DNA from: Parcubacteria group bacterium
GTDB lineage: Bacteria; Patescibacteriota; Minisyncoccia; Phycocordibacterales; WO2-35-19
Direction: 5' to 3'
Assembly (NCBI GenBank): GCA_012514175.1
Contig: JAAZAU010000008.1
Span: forward strand, 977 to 64,976
DNA: 64,000 nucleotides
The notes under the pieces are model-generated. The model saw only the letters and a list, made by a program, of their open reading frames with translations. It made no database searches and was not told the DNA's origin. A program made the translations under genes and the position numbers. How positions within the stretch are numbered: position 1 is the stretch's first letter; each line of letters starts with the position of its first letter. Shown in pieces: positions 63,134 to 64,000 of the stretch.

Positions 63134-64000
63134 CTAACTTATAAGCTTATCGTAAGCTTCAGTAAATTCTTTAGTGTCCTTTTTATTGAACAGTGGTAAG
63201 CCAATCAAGCTATAATCCTTGCCCTCTATTTTTAGGATTTTATTATCGGAATATTTCTCAGTAATCTTTTTAAGGAAATCATTCTTCCATTTATCAGCAT
63301 CCAAAAGGTTATCTCCTTTCGGTTCAATGAAAATCTGATAGTAGAGCTTTGATTTATCTTTTAGGAAAAGGATAAAGTCAGGCTGGAAACCCTGTCCGGT
63401 AGTGAAGTCATATATCTTGTACTGCTCTTCATTTCTTAACAGATACACCTCTTTATATTTACCTTGCAGATTGACTATAGTTTCTTGTATAAACTCAATC
63501 AGCCCTTTTTCCTCACTTGTTCCATAAAACTGGTCTAATACATACCAGTCCTGATATTTAAGTTCATCTTCAATTCGCTTACTTTCCTCATCTTTTTTCA
63601 CACTCTTTCTAACCTCTTCGTCAAAAAACTCTTGCAACTTGTACGCACTAAACTCAGTACCAATATGCGGATTGATGTTCTGCTTAAGCTCAATAAGCAA
63701 GGTGTCAAAAAACTTCACTAATACATCAAGCTTCTCTTTATTGCTTACTTCATCAATGCTCTTTTTGGTGGTAACAAGTTTGATTTCAAAATCTCCTACA
63801 ATCTTTTCTCTGAAATCCTCAATACTTTTTATTTGTAGCTCTTCCTTCAGTAGCTCAAACCTCAGCAAAGACTTATCGCTCTTTGCCTTTATGTTTATAG
63901 CTTTTTGGAAGATATGTTTTTCAAAATCTTTTACCTTTACTGGAATAGTTTTCTTGTTTTGTTCGTTTATATTCAAGCGTTCTGTATCAGCGTCATCGCT
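63134..64000 (-). CDS. Hypothetical protein (5'-partial; frame open to window end)
   Basis: Long minus-strand ORF immediately upstream of the recombinase. No recognised motif. Confidence 0.4.
   Translation of the reverse strand, partial: SDDADTERLNINEQNKKTIPVKVKDFEKHIFQKAINIKAKSDKSLLRFELLKEELQIKSIEDFREKIVGDFEIKLVTTKKSIDEVSNKEKLDVLVKFFDTLLIELKQNINPHIGTEFSAYKLQEFFDEEVRKSVKKDEESKRIEDELKYQDWYVLDQFYGTSEEKGLIEFIQETIVNLQGKYKEVYLLRNEEQYKIYDFTTGQGFQPDFILFLKDKSKLYYQIFIEPKGDNLLDADKWKNDFLKKITEKYSDNKILKIEGKDYSLIGLPLFNKKDTKEFTEAYDKLIS

Larger units (their letters stand above)
61634..64000. mobile_element. Probable tRNA-Asn-associated integrative element (left end; continues beyond window)
   Basis: The serine integrase gene is immediately adjacent to a tRNA 3' end. 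This is the typical attL arrangement. Confidence 0.45.

Noticed and set aside
1-64000. CRISPR arrays, rRNA genes, tmRNA, RNase P RNA, SRP RNA
   Set aside because: No regularly spaced short direct repeats and no rRNA-like conserved blocks were seen. I cannot exclude small structured RNAs without covariance-model searches. The 240-bp repeat was checked against what I remember of these families and did not fit.

Overview
This 64-kb window looks like a low-GC (about 30-38%), gene-dense bacterial chromosome segment. Gene content is consistent with a CPR/Patescibacteria-like organism, though that assignment is only an inference from composition and gene content. A conserved housekeeping backbone is clear: ftsA'-ftsZ, trxB, dnaB, recR, rplU, rmuC, truB, tgt, a dcw cluster (mraZ-rsmH-ftsL-ftsI), lysS, greA, murF-like, PBP2-mreD-mreC-mreB, proS, rseP, frr, holB, a second mreB, a priA-like gene, def-fmt and hpf. 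Five tRNAs are present: Val-GAC, Ser-GGA, Ala-GGC, Glu-CUC and Asn-GUU.

Several compositionally distinct insertions interrupt this backbone. (1) A roughly 7-kb GC-enriched island at about 12.15-19.25 kb, lying between tRNA-Val and tRNA-Ser. It carries two diverged tandem paralogs of unknown function, a small Cys-rich peptide gene directly upstream of a radical-SAM/SPASM(twitch) enzyme, an MTAP-type nucleoside phosphorylase, and an ABC-F ATPase. These genes are bracketed by two near-identical ~240-bp repeats with conserved hairpins. I consider this the most likely candidate for an undescribed system: a RiPP-like peptide-modification cassette with by-product salvage and a possible ribosome-protection/immunity factor. 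(2) A roughly 4-kb high-GC island at 56.5-60.5 kb encoding four exported proteins, two with OmpA-like domains, bounded by palindrome-rich intergenic DNA. (3) Two GC-rich single-gene micro-islands at 26.2-26.6 kb and 32.6-32.9 kb. (4) A large serine recombinase abutting the 3' end of tRNA-Asn at the window edge, probably the start of an integrated element.

Other features worth noting are a cell-surface locus (fused polysaccharide deacetylase-GT2 synthase, CAP-domain protein, 1,177-aa DUF11/CnaB/PG-binding adhesin), a helicase-motif-degenerate PriA-like protein, a VKOR homolog, and a nucleotidyltransferase with small membrane proteins next to tRNA-Ala. I found no CRISPR arrays or rRNA genes.

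One caveat on coordinates: the six-frame ORF track uses ATG, GTG and TTG starts. Where an internal ATG with a Shine-Dalgarno sequence was obvious, I moved the start.
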